NCBI RefSeq assembly: GCF_964213995.1
Contig: NW_027590198.1
Location: 1-64,000 of the forward strand
Reading direction: 5' to 3'
Length of the DNA stretch: 64,000 nucleotides
Origin: Mustelus asterias
Taxonomy: Eukaryota
Positions within the stretch are counted from its first letter, which is position 1, and each line of letters begins with the position of its first letter. A program made the translations under genes and the position numbers. Of the stretch, positions 35,974 to 47,309 are shown one piece after another. A model generated the notes under the pieces. That model did not search any database. It was not told the DNA's origin and was given only the letters and a program-made list of their open reading frames with translations.

Positions 35974-37494
35974 GGTGCAGGTGTCCTTGCCGCTCTCTTG
36001 GGTGGACAATCAGTTGAAGCCTCGTCCTCACTCACAACAAGATTACAGTCTCTCCCCGCTGTGAATGTTGCGATACTTATTCAGACTGTGTAACTGGTTA
36101 AAGCTCTTTAGTCAGTGCATTGGAACACTCTCACTCGAGTGTGGCAGTGTGTTCGTGCTTTTCCAGTCACACTGATGTTTGAAATCTTTTCAAATCAACA
36201 GACTGGACAATCATTTCTCCTTCCAGATTCAAAGGCCGATGATATTCAGCTCCCAAGGAATATGACTCTGTCAGATCTCGATGTGACGTTTGAGATTTCA
36301 GTCTGTGATTCCTCTTTCAATATCCTGTAAAACAAGTTTATAAAAGTCATCAGTGTCAGTACAGGATAGAAATTCAGAACAGACAATTCCAATTTCTATG
36401 GAACATTCTTTCCTATTTCAGTCCCAAAAAGCTGTAAATCTCCATCCCACACACTCTCCCTCCATTCTCACTCTGCTGTATCTAATATTCACCCTCCCAA
36501 TTCTCCTGAAGGTGCTGATTGAGGCTGATTAACAGATCCATGCTCACTGCTTCCTGTCCTGGACACAGAGACCATTACAAATAGGAGCTGCAGTCGGCCA
36601 TTTGGCCCATCGAGCCTTTTAAACTATTCAATGAGATAATTCGTTCATCTACCTCAGCATCATTCTCCCCACACTAAACCCATATCCCTTGATATCTTCA
36701 ATATCTAGAAACCAATCAATCTCTCTCTTGAAAATAGTTGATGACTGAGGCTTCACTGTCCTCAGGGGTTGAGAATTCCAAAGCTTCACCAGATCCTTGA
36801 GTGAAGAAATCCCCTCACATCTTAGCTTTTGCTCCATCTTCTTGTCTGTTCCCCATAACCCTCAACACCCTTGTCAGTCAAAAATCTGTCTAATTGGAAT
36901 ATATTCAATGATCCTCAGCCTCCACTGGTCCCTGTGGAAGAGAAATCCAAATGACTAACAACCCTCTGAGGGAAGAGATTTCTGGAAATATATAACGGAG
37001 CTACAGTTCCATATTACAAGATATTCAGATCCCAAGGAATATGACTCTGTCTAGACGTGACGATTGAGATTTTTGCCTGTGATTCCTCCTTCAAAATCCG
37101 ATGAAATGAGTTTGTAAAAGTCATCACAGTCAGTATAGGATAGAAATTCAGAGCAGACAATTCTAGTTTCTATGGAACATTCTTTCCTATTTCATTCCCA
37201 AAAAGTTGTAAATCTCCATCCATATCTATGGATTCTATTTAAAAATGAAAGTGGATGGGCACTTGAAGGAAATAAACTTTCAGGAGAATGGGATATAGAG
37301 TGAGAATGGGACTGGAATGTTATGCAGAGAGTCAGAATGGACTCGAGTTACCAAATGGATTCCTTCTGTGCTGTAATGACTTTATGACTGGAAATGTATA
37401 ACATCGCTGCAGCCTTATATTACAATGCAAGAAATAATAATAAATGTATTTTATTACAGCAACATAAATATCTAATCTGGGTACCATATACACT

Positions 37495-39137
37495 AGACAT
37501 ATAGAAACATAGAAAAACTACAGCACAAACAGGCCCTTCGGCCCACAAGTTGTGCCGAACACATCCCTACCTTCTAGACCTACCAACAACCCTCCATCCT
37601 ATTAGGACCCATGTACTCATCCAGGAGTCTCTTAAAAGACCCTATTGAGTTCGCCTCCACAACCACTGACGGCAGCCGATTCCACTCGCCCACCACCCTC
37701 TGTGTGAAAAACCTACCCCTAACATCTCCCCTGTACCTACCCCCCAGACCCTAAACCTGTGTCCTCGCGTAGCAGATATTTCCACCCTGGGAAAAAGCCT
37801 CTGAGAGTCCACCCGATCTATGCCTCTCAACATCTTATACACCTCTATTAGGTCTCCTCTCATCCTTCGTCTCTCCAAGGAGAAAAGACCGAGCACCCTC
37901 AGCCTATCCTCATAAGGCATGCCACTCAATCCAAGCAACATCCTTGTAAATCTCCTCTGCACCCTTTCAATCTTTTCCACATCCTTCCTATAGTGAGGCG
38001 ACCAGAACTGAGCACAGTACTCCAAGTGGGGTCTGACGAGGGTCTTATATAGCTGCATCATTATCCCCGGACTCCTAAACTCAAACCCTCGATTGATAAA
38101 TGCCAGCACACCTTATGCCTTCTTAACCACCTCCTCCACCTGTGGGGCCGATTTTAGAGTCCTATGGATCCGGACCCCAAGGTCCTTCTGATCCTCTCCA
38201 GTACTAAGAGTCTTTTCCTTTATATTGTACTCCTTCATCCCATTTGACCTACCAAAATGGACCACGACGCATTTATCTGGGTTGAAGTCCATCTGCCACT
38301 TGTCCGCCCAGTCTTGCATCCTATCAATGTCCCTCTGTAACTTCTGACATCCCTCCAGACTATCCACAACCCCACCAACCTTCGTGTCATCGGCAAACTT
38401 ACCAACCCATCCCTCCGCTTCCTCATCCAGGTCATTTATGAAAATGACAAACAGCAAGAATCCCAGAACAGATCCCTGGGGCACACCACTGGTGACCGAC
38501 CTCCATTGAGAAAAATACCCATCTATACCCACTCTCTGCCTCCTTTGGGCAAGCCAGTTCTGGATCCACCGGGCAGCAGCCCCTTGGATCCCATGCCCTC
38601 TTACTTTTTCTGGAAGCCTTGCATAGGGGACCTTATCGAACGCCTTGCTAAAATACATATAAACCACATCTACCGACTTCCCTTCGTCAATGTGTTTAGT
38701 CACATTTTCGAAGAACTCCACCAGGCTCATAAGGCACGATCTGCCCTTGACAAAGCCGTGCTGAGTATTCTTGAGCATACTAAACCTCTCTAAATGCTCA
38801 TATATCCTGTCCCTCAGGATCTTCTCCATCAGTTTACCAACGACTGAGGTTAGACTCACCGGTCGGTAATTACCTGGGCTATCCCTATTCCCCTTCTTGA
38901 AAATAGGAACCACATCCGCAATCCTCCAATCCTCCGGCACCTCTCCCGTCTCCATCGACGACGCAAAGATCATCGCCAGAGGCTCTGCAATCTCTTCGCT
39001 CGCCTCCCACAGTAACCTGGGGTACATCCCATCCGGACCCGGCGACTTATCTATCTTGATGCCATTCAAAGATTCCAGCACAACCTCTTTCTTAAAGTCC
39101 ACATACTCAATCCTTTCAGTCCACCGCACGCCCGCAG
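37495..39137 (-). mobile_element. 5'-truncated CR1 LINE
   Basis: ORFs 38113-39129 and 37642-38109; very similar to 61382-63010. Confidence 0.9.
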
Positions 39138-39164
39138 TGTCCTACATCTGTCCTATATTAATTT

Positions 39165-42100
39165 ACATAGAAAGCCACAGCACAAACAGGCCCTTCGGCC
39201 CACAAGTTGCGCCGATCACATCCCCACCTCTAGGCCTATCTATAGCCCTCAATCCCATTAAATCCCATGTACTCATCCAGAAGTCTCTTAAAAGACCCCA
39301 ACGAGTTTGCCTCCACCACCACCGACGTCAGCCGATTCCACTCACCCACCACCCTCTGAGTGAAAAACTTACCCCTGACATCCCCCCTGTACCTACCCCC
39401 CAGCACCTTAAACCTGTGTCCTCTCGTAGCAACCATTTCAGCCCTTGGAAATAGCCTCTGAGAGTCCACCCTATCCAGACCCCTCAACATCTTGTAAACC
39501 TCTATCAGGTCACCTCTCATCCTTCGTCTCTCCAGGGAGAAGAGACCAAGCTCCCTCAACCTATCCTCATAAGGCATGCCCCCCAATCCAGGCAACATCC
39601 TTGTAAATCTCCTCTGCACCCTTTCAATGGCTTCAACATCTTTCCTGTAATGAGGTGACCAGAACTGCGCGCAGTACTCCAAGTGGGGTCTAACCAGGGT
39701 CCTATAAAGCTGCAGCATTATCTCCCGACTCCTAAACTCAATCCCTCGATTAATGAAGGCTAGTACGCCATACGCCTTCTTGACCGCATCCTCCACCTGC
39801 GAGGCCGATTTAAGAGTCCTATGGACCCCAAGGTCCCTCTGATCCTCTACACTGCTAAGAATGGTACCCTTCATTTTATACTGCTGCTCCATCCCATTGG
39901 ATCTGCCAAAATGGATCACCACACACTTATCCGGGTTGAAGTCCATCTGCCACTTCTCCGCCCAGTCCTGCATTCTATCTATGTCTCGCTGCAACTTCTG
40001 ACATCCCTCCAAACTATCCACAACACCACCTACCTTGGTGTCGTCAGCAAACTTACCAACCCATCCCTCCACTTCCTCATCCAGGTCATTTATGAAAATG
40101 ACAAACAGCAAGGGTCCCAGAACAGATCCCTGGGGCACTCCACTGGTCACTGACCTCCATGCAGAGAAAGACCCCTCCACAGCCACTCTCTGCCTTCTGC
40201 AGGCAAGCCAGTTCTGGATCCACAAGGCAACAGCCCCTTGGATCCCATGCCCTCTCACTTTCTCAAGAAGTCTTGCATGGGGGACCTTATCGAACGCTTT
40301 GCTGAAGTCCATATAGACCACATCCACCGCTCTTCCTTCGTCAATGTGCTTGGTCACATTTTCAAAGAACTCAACCAGGCTCGTAAGGCACGACCTGCCC
40401 CTGACAAAGCCGTGCTGACTACTTTTGATCATACTAAACTTCTCTAGATGATCATAAATCCTGTCTCTCAGGATCCTCTCCATCAACTTACCAACCACTG
40501 AGGTTAGACTCACCGGTCGGTAATTTCCCGGGCTGTCCCTGTTCCCTTTCTTGAATATAGGGACCACATCCGCAATCCTCCAATCCTCCGGAACCTCTCC
40601 CGTCTCCATCGACGATGCAAAGATCATCGCCAAAGGCTCCGCAATCTCCTCCCTCGCCTCCCACAGTAACCTGGGGTACATCCCATCCGGTCCCGGCGAC
40701 TTACCAACCTTGATGCCATTCAATAGTTCCAACACATCCTCTTTCTTTATGTCCACATGCTCGATCCTTTCTGTCCTCCGCAATCCAGCAGTACAACCAC
40801 CCAGATCCCTTTCCACCGTGAATACCGAGGTAAAGTATTCATTAAGCACCTCCGCCATTTCTAACGGTTCCGCACAAACTTTTCCCCCTTCACCTTTTAA
40901 GGGTCCTATGCCTTCACATCTCATCCTTTTACTCTTGACATATTTGTAGAAAGCCTTGGGATTCTCCTTAATCTTACCCGCCAAGGTCTTCTCATGACCC
41001 CTTCTCGCTCTCCTAATTTCCTTCTTAAGCTCCTTCCTACATCGCGTATACTCCTCTAAATCCTTAACACCTCCTAGCTCTCTGAACCTTCTGTACGCCT
41101 CTCTTTTCTTATTTACCAGGTTCATCACAACCTTCGTGCACCACGGTTCCCGTACCCTACCAACACCCCCCTGTCTCATCGGAACGTTGTCATGCAGAGC
41201 TCCAGACAAACATTCCTTGAAAATCCTCCACTTTCCTTCGGCACTTTTCCCCAAGAATGCCTCCTTCCAATTTACCCGTCTAATTTCCTCCCTGATGACA
41301 CTGTATTTCCCTTTACTCCAGAGAAACACTTTCCTAGCCTGCCTGACCCTATCTCTTTCCAATGCTATCGTGAAGGAGATAGAATTATGATCGCTATCCC
41401 CAAGATGCTCACCCACCGAGAGATCCTCCACCTGTCCAGGTTCATTAGCCAGCACCAGATCAAGAACAGCCTCTCCTCTAGTAGGCTTATCCACATACTG
41501 TGTCAGGAAACTCTCCTGGACACACCTAACAAACTCCTCTCCATCCAAACCCCTAGCCCTAGGGATATTCCAATCTATGTTTGGGAAATTAAAATCTCCC
41601 ATCACGACAACTCTGTTATTCCTACATCTCTCCAGGATCTGTTTCCCCATCTGCTCCTCAACATCTCTGTTACTATTGGGCGGCCTATAGAAAACACCCA
41701 GCAAAGTTACCGACCCCTTCCTGTTCCTAACCTCCACCCACAGAGATTCCATAGTCAGTCCCTCCACGGCGTCCACCTTCTCTACAGCCGTGACACTATC
41801 CCTGATCAACAGTGCCACTCCCCCCCCTCTCTTGCCTCCCTCCCTGTCCTTCCTGAAACATCTAAAACCCGGCACCTGAAGCACCCAGTCCTGTCCCTGA
41901 GACATCCAAGTCTCCGTAATGGCCACCACATCACAATTCGAAGCAGCAATCCACGCTCCAAGCTCATCCACTTTATTCACTACACTCCTGGCATTAAAAT
42001 AGACACATCTCAGACCTTCAGCCTGAGCACTTCCCTTCTCCCTCACTCGTCTAACCTCCCTCTTACCCTGTCTACATTCCTTATCTATTTGCGAGCTAAC

Positions 42101-42230
42101 CTCCTCGCTCTCAGTCCCCTCATTTCGATTCCCTCCCCCCAACCTTTCTAGTTTAAAGTCTCACCAGTAGCCTTAGCCAACCTTCCCGCCAGGATATTGG
42201 TCCCCCTGGGATTCAAGTGCCACCCGTCTT
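39165..42230 (-). mobile_element. CR1 LINE with complete open ORF2 and the C-terminus of ORF1
   Basis: 968-aa ORF 39236-42142; upstream ORF1 end DGWHLNPRGTNILAGRLAKATGETLN* (esterase-type DxxH); truncated at an A run. Confidence 0.95.
39236..42142 (-). CDS. CR1 ORF2: apurinic-like endonuclease + reverse transcriptase
   Basis: YFNARS, ITETW, FYRPP, GDFNFP, SDHN endonuclease motifs; [27 protein letters not shown] motifs; no stops. Confidence 0.93.
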   Translation of the reverse strand: MGGGNRNEGTESEEVSSQIDKECRQGKREVRRVREKGSAQAEGLRCVYFNARSVVNKVDELGAWIAASNCDVVAITETWMSQGQDWVLQVPGFRCFRKDREGGKRGGGVALLIRDSVTAVEKVDAVEGLTMESLWVEVRNRKGSVTLLGVFYRPPNSNRDVEEQMGKQILERCRNNRVVVMGDFNFPNIDWNIPRARGLDGEEFVRCVQESFLTQYVDKPTRGEAVLDLVLANEPGQVEDLSVGEHLGDSDHNSISFTIALERDRVRQARKVFLWSKGKYSVIREEIRRVNWKEAFLGKSAEGKWRIFKECLSGALHDNVPMRQGGVGRVREPWCTKVVMNLVNKKREAYRRFRELGGVKDLEEYTRCRKELKKEIRRARRGHEKTLAGKIKENPKAFYKYVKSKRMRCEGIGPLKGEGGKVCAEPLEMAEVLNEYFTSVFTVERDLGGCTAGLRRTERIEHVDIKKEDVLELLNGIKVGKSPGPDGMYPRLLWEAREEIAEPLAMIFASSMETGEVPEDWRIADVVPIFKKGNRDSPGNYRPVSLTSVVGKLMERILRDRIYDHLEKFSMIKSSQHGFVRGRSCLTSLVEFFENVTKHIDEGRAVDVVYMDFSKAFDKVPHARLLEKVRGHGIQGAVALWIQNWLACRRQRVAVEGSFSAWRSVTSGVPQGSVLGPLLFVIFINDLDEEVEGWVGKFADDTKVGGVVDSLEGCQKLQRDIDRMQDWAEKWQMDFNPDKCVVIHFGRSNGMEQQYKMKGTILSSVEDQRDLGVHRTLKSASQVEDAVKKAYGVLAFINRGIEFRSREIMLQLYRTLVRPHLEYCAQFWSPHYRKDVEAIERVQRRFTRMLPGLGGMPYEDRLRELGLFSLERRRMRGDLIEVYKMLRGLDRVDSQRLFPRAEMVATRGHRFKVLGGRYRGDVRGKFFTQRVVGEWNRLTSVVVEANSLGSFKRLLDEYMGFNGIEGYR

Positions 42231-42261
42231 TTTTTTTTTACTGTCCCCTTAAATGTCATGA

Positions 42262-42690
42262 TGTGGAGATACTGGCGTTGGACTGGTGTAAAAACAGTAA
42301 GAAGTCTCACAACACCAGGTTAAGGTCGAACAGGTTTATTTGGTAGCAAACGCCACTAGCTTTCGGAGCGCTGCCCCTTCGTCAGGTGAGTGGGAGTTCT
42401 GATTACAAACAGGGCATAAAAAGACACAAACTCAATTTACAGAATAATGATTGGAATGCGAGTCTTTACAGGTAATCAAGTCTTAAAGGTACAGACAATG
42501 TGAGTGGAGGGAGCGTTAAGCACAGGTTAGAGATGTGTATTGTCTCCAGACAGGACAATTTGTGAGATTTTGCAAGTCCAGGCAAGTCGTGGGGGTTACA
42601 GATAGTGTGACATGAACCCAAGATCCCGGTTGAGGCCGTCCTCATGTGTGCGAAACTTGGCTATCAGTTTCTGCTCAGCAACTCTGGGTC
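42262..42690 (-). mobile_element. Penelope-like element 3' end
   Basis: Encodes a GIY-YIG-type C-terminus RVAEQKLIAKFRTHEDGLNRDLGFMSHYL*, followed by the terminal repeat with a hammerhead. Confidence 0.85.
42354..42388 (-). ncRNA. Minimal type I hammerhead ribozyme motif
   Basis: CAC-CTGACGA-A-GGGGC-agc-GCTCC-GAAA-GC-TA-GTG. Confidence 0.7.
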
Positions 42691-42829
42691 TTGCCAGAAC
42701 TGAGGTCAGGCTGTTGAGGCTGGCGTCTCCCAGAATTGCGGGAACATACAAACAGTGAGGGATGGGGTTGTGGTCGGTGCAGACTCACTGGGCCGAATGG
42801 CCTCCTTCTGCACTGTCGGGATTGTATAA

Positions 42830-43625
42830 CTTATTGTCCCCCTCCCCCATCCTCTGATGTGAACCATCCTCCAGTGGCTGAGCCAGGATGGGGCCGTTAA
42901 CCTGGGCCTGTTCCCGGGAGGGAGGGAGAAGCCCCGCAGCTGCAAACCAGGGAGCTGACAATGATTCTGAAGGGTTTGTTCCAGCTCACAATGCCCGGGG
43001 ACTGATTGACGGCGGTTCTGACCAATAGGAAGAGGGGGCGGGGCTGGAGGACCGAGCTGGAGTGGCTGGTCCTCCGACCAATCAGACTGAATGAGGGGCG
43101 GGGCTGAGCCTGGAGCTCCCTCTGTCTGCGCGTGCGCTCGGCGACACACTGTCAAGATGGCGGTCGTTCACCCGGGCCTGAATCGGGGAAAAAGCCCGAG
43201 CAGTTGTCAACGGTTCAAATATCGAATCCGAGCTTCCTATTGGGGACTTGAGGCGTACACGGGATTTTTATAAAGCCTCCAAGCCCGCCCACCCACCGGC
43301 TCCATCACTCATTCCTGATTTACCCGTTTTATCGCGTGGACTGAATATTTCCACAACCGCCTCAATCCTCAGTGATCGGCACTGCGCATGCTCCAGATCA
43401 CCACAGTGCAACTCGCCGTCAGCCCCGCCCCTCATTCACTCCGATTGGTTGGAAGACGAGCCGCTCTCGCTCGGTCCTCCAGCCCCGCCCCTCATTTACT
43501 CCGATTGGTTGGAGGACTCGCTGCTCGCGCTCGGTCCTCCAGCCCCGCCCCCTCATTCACTCCTATTGGTTGGAGGACCCGCCGCTCTCATTGGTGTTCC
43601 AGCCCCGCCCCCTCATTCACACTGA
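42830..43625. promoter_or_regulatory. Composite CpG-rich ZNF promoter region with oppositely oriented CCAAT/GC-box arrays
   Basis: 42830-43110 copies parts of 16300-16780; YY1-like CAAGATGGCGG at 43153; NRF1-like ACTGCGCATGCTC at 43381; 60-bp unit repeated about 3.3 times at 43421-43621. Confidence 0.65.
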
Positions 43626-43629
43626 ATGT

Positions 43630-44360
43630 TTTGTCATGTCCCAAAACCCAAGGCCATCTTTCCCAGAACTCCATATTTGAATTCTTCAATCAGGTTTCTG
43701 CCTTGCCACATTACTGAAACAGCTCTTATCAAAGTCCGCACTGACATCCTATGTGACTGCGACAAAGATAAACTCTCCCTTCTCATCCTCGACCTATTTG
43801 CAGCCTTTGACAAGGTCGCCCACATCATCCTGCTCCATCCCTCTCCACTGTTGTGCAGCTGGGTGGGGCTGCTCTCTCCTGGATCTATATGGGTGGTATG
43901 GTGGCTAGCACTGCTGCCACAAGCACCAGAGACCCGGGTATGATTCTCGGCTTGGGTCACTGTCTGTGCAGAGTCTGCACATTCTCCCCTTGTCTGCGTG
44001 AGTTTCCTCCGGATGTTCTGGTTGCCTCCCACAGTCCAAAAGATGTGCTGGTTAGGGTGCATTGACCATGTTAAATTCTCCTCAGTGTACCTGAACAGGT
44101 GCAGGAATGTGGCGACCAGGGGATTTTCATAGTAACTTCATTGCAGTGTTAATGTACGTCTACTTGTGACACTAATAAATAAGTAAACTTTAAAACTATT
44201 CTCTCTTCAATCAGAGTCAGAGAATCACTGATAATATCTTCACTTCCCATTCCCACACTTACCTCTGGTGTCTCCAGAGGCTTGGCCTCTTATTTCTCAT
44301 GAACATATTCCCATCAATTACATCATCTGAAAACAGTGTCAGTTCTCACATTTACTCTGT
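43630..44360 (+). mobile_element. L2-clade LINE fragment interrupted by a V-SINE (43890-44196, alternative tail)
   Basis: PCHITETALIKVRTDILCDCDKDKLSLLILDLFAAFDKV is typical of L2 RT; SINE core and aacttcattgcagtgttaatg tail. Confidence 0.75.
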
Positions 44361-44703
44361 TAAAGAGACAATAAAAATGTAGAGTGCTGTTATTGTCTGA
44401 TCAAGAATATCACACAAACATTTTAAATGTTCATTCCACATTTCTATTTATTTTCAGAGTCTCAGTCTGGAACAGATCCCAATTTAACACCAATCTCTGA
44501 CTTGACATCACATTTCCAATATTCACCGTTGTTCTTCCTGACTCTAAACCCAGTTGTAAAGGAGTTTCTGTTCTGCCTCCAGGACCACTGAATCATGGAA
44601 GAGCGTGGCTGGGACACATTTCTTACACACCTCAGCTTACACAGCCACATGTTCAGTCCTGGATGTCTCTAAAAGCAACAATGACAAACTCCAAATTCTA
44701 CAA

Positions 44704-45375
44704 TCATTTGTGAACTCGCTGGTGTCTCAGAAGGTCGGATAACTGAATGAATCCCTTCCCACACTCAGAGCAGGTGAATGGCCTCTCTCCAGTATGAACT
44801 CGTTGGTGTCTCTGAAGAGTAGATGACTGAGCAAAGCTGTTCCGACACACAGAACAGGTGAATGGCCTCTCCCCAGTGTGAACCCGTTGGTGTACCAGAA
44901 GGTCAGACAACTGACTGAATCCTTTCCCACACTCAGAGCAGGTAAATGGCCTCTCCCCAGTGTGAACTCGCTGATGTCTCAGAAGTTGGGATGACTGAAT
45001 GAATCCTTTACCACACACAGAGCAGAGGAATGGTCTCTCCCCAGTGTGAACTTGCTGATGTGTCAGAAGGTGGGATGACCGATTGAATCTCTTCCCACAC
45101 ACAGAGCAGAGGAACGGCCTCTCCCCAGTATGAACAAGCTGATGTGCTACCAGATGCTTCTTGCTTTTAAACCTCTTCTCACAATCAGAACATTTAAAAG
45201 GTCTCTGATCACTGTGTACAAGTTGATGGTCAGTGAGATGGGATGACTGAGTGAATCGCTTCCCACAGACAGAGCAGGTGAATGGTGTCTCCCCAGTGTG
45301 ACAATGGTAATGTGTTTTCAGCGTTGGGTAATTGAAGCCCTTCCCACAGTCCCCAGATTTCCACAGTTTCTCCAT
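44704..45375 (-). CDS. C2H2 zinc-finger gene F (7 intact fingers + 1 degenerate)
   Basis: MEKLWKSGDC... from caccATGG at 45375 (frame open from 45411). Confidence 0.85.
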   Translation of the reverse strand: MEKLWKSGDCGKGFNYPTLKTHYHCHTGETPFTCSVCGKRFTQSSHLTDHQLVHSDQRPFKCSDCEKRFKSKKHLVAHQLVHTGERPFLCSVCGKRFNRSSHLLTHQQVHTGERPFLCSVCGKGFIQSSQLLRHQRVHTGERPFTCSECGKGFSQLSDLLVHQRVHTGERPFTCSVCRNSFAQSSTLQRHQRVHTGERPFTCSECGKGFIQLSDLLRHQRVHK

Positions 45376-45975
45376 GGTGCCAGTGTCCTTGTGACTCTCC
45401 AAGTTGGACAATCAGTTGAAACCTGTATGGTTTCTCCGTGCTGTGAATGCTGTGATGTTCTATCAGGCTGTATAACTGGTTAAAGCTCTTTCCACAGTCA
45501 GTTCACTGGAACACTCTCACTCGGTGCTTTTCCAGTCAATTGTTTCAAAACTTTCAGTTTGAAATCCTCAGACAGAAACAGAGAAACATTTCTCATTCCA
45601 CATTCAAAGGTCCACAATATTCAAGCGCTGATGAATCAAGTGAGTAGATGTTGGATGTCATGTTTGTTTTGATGTTGTTGTTTGGAATTCCTCCCTTTCT
45701 CAGAGCCTGTAAAAGGAGTTTATAAAATTAATCCTCGTAAGTACAGGACAGAAATTCTGAATAGACAATTCTGATTCTGTGGAACATCTTTTCTTCGCTT
45801 GTTCCCTTATGGGCTGAAGGATCTCTTTCTGTGCTGTGTGACTCTATGACAGCAAGTCCAGTTAGCCCCAAGATCTCAGTGCCTGCTCACCTACATTGAT
45901 TCCCAGTCACAACAAAAGCAAAAAATGCTGGAAACTCTCAGCAGGTCTAACAGCATCCATGGACAGAGAATAGAA

Positions 45976-46010
45976 CCAACTTTTCGAGTCAGGATGACCC
46001 TTCGTCAGAT
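45976..46010 (-). ncRNA. Hammerhead-like motif in a second Penelope-like family
   Basis: CTGACGA-A-GGGTC-atcct-GACTC-GAAA-AG-TT; stem III not palindromic in this copy and stem I partner unclear. Confidence 0.45.
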
Positions 46011-46349
46011 TTCAGCATCTGCAGTACTTTGCCATGATTTCCAGTCAAGCGGAATCTTGATTTTGAAATTATCATTCTTATTTTCAAATACCAGACGCAT
46101 TGATAGCTGAAATCATTTCCCACAGACAGAACAGCTTCTTTGCACATTCAAAGGTCAATGATCTTGATGAATCGACTGAATCTAGATGCAATGTTTTGAA
46201 TTGTGAATTCTCTCTTTTGCGTATCCTGTAAATGCATTACTGTCAGCCAAGGGTAGCAATCCACCATTTTCGGTTTTTATTTCAGATTTCTAGCACCCTC
46301 AGTATTTTGCTTTTAACATAGAAATGCATAAAGTTCTCTCCTGCTACTG

Positions 46350-46700
46350 GTATTGCCCCCTATAAAGATGGCAGCGTCCTTACCGGAACATTGCCCCTTA
46401 TAAAGATGGCGATCGGTGAGCCAGGCCCCACACCGAGAGAACTACCGAACAATCCTCTCGGTCCAAATGGGGGACCGTTAGATTTTTACTCGAACTTTGC
46501 GAGCCGAGTCCGGTGTTAATGAAATCTCTCCACCCACCGGCTCTGTTCCCCATCCACACTCGGTGTTTTATTTCACCCGTTGCAAAAGCCACACGAGCTC
46601 CTCACGCTTCCGTCAAGCTGCAGCACCTGCATTGCGCATGCTCCAATCACAGCCTGACAGTGCGCATGCGCAGCAGCTCCCGCAGTGAATGCTGGGCAAT
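46350..46700 (-). promoter_or_regulatory. Probable promoter/first exon of ZNF F (NRF1, YY1 and CCAAT motifs)
   Basis: TGCGCATGCTCCAATC at about 46633, TGCGCATGCGCA at 46661, two copies of tataaagatggc at about 46361 and 46399. Confidence 0.5.
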
Positions 46701-46814
46701 GGCTCTGCCATTGGATTGTCCCTTTGTGGACACAGATTGGAACAACAGGGACAAGACCATTCATCAGCAATTCACACACTGGTCATGTCTGCCATGTCCT
46801 TGGTTATTGGTCGC

Positions 46815-47085
46815 ATGTGGTCAGCACTGCTGCCTCACAGCGCCAGGGACCTGGGTTCAATTCCAGCCTCAGTTTACTGTGTGGAGTTTGCACAATCTCC
46901 CTGTGTCTGCGTGGGTTTCTTCCCACAGTTGAGAGATGTGCAGGTTAGGTGGATTGGCCATGGTAAATTGCCCCTTTTGTGTCAGGGCATGAGGTTATTG
47001 GGATAGGGCCTGGGTGGGATTGTTGTCGGTGCAGGCTTGATGGGCCGAATGGCCTCCTTCTGCACTGTCAGGATTCTATGATTCT
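46815..47085 (+). mobile_element. V-SINE (HE1-like)
   Basis: Core and CR1-type tail. Confidence 0.8.
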
Positions 47086-47309
47086 GTGTGTCAAATTTAG
47101 TGCTCTGAACATTGCATAATTAAAAAGTAAGCATGCAACCTATTTTGCCAACAGAAATCGAGTACAATGTTGGTAAATGTGAGGTCATCCATTTTGGTAG
47201 GAATAACAGCAAAATGGACTATTATTGAAATGGTAAAGAATTGCAGCATGCTGCTGTGCAGAGGAACCTGGATGTCCTTGTGCATGAATCACAAAAAGTT
47301 GCTTTGTCA

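Noticed and set aside
35088-36035. Long alternative-frame ORFs over ZNF arrays ([11 protein letters not shown] and [11 protein letters not shown] repeats; also 9-548, 26031-26570)
   Set aside because: Shifted-frame shadows of the 84-bp finger repeat; no independent evidence of coding.
41192-42151. 319-aa plus-strand ORF
   Set aside because: Antisense shadow of CR1 ORF2.
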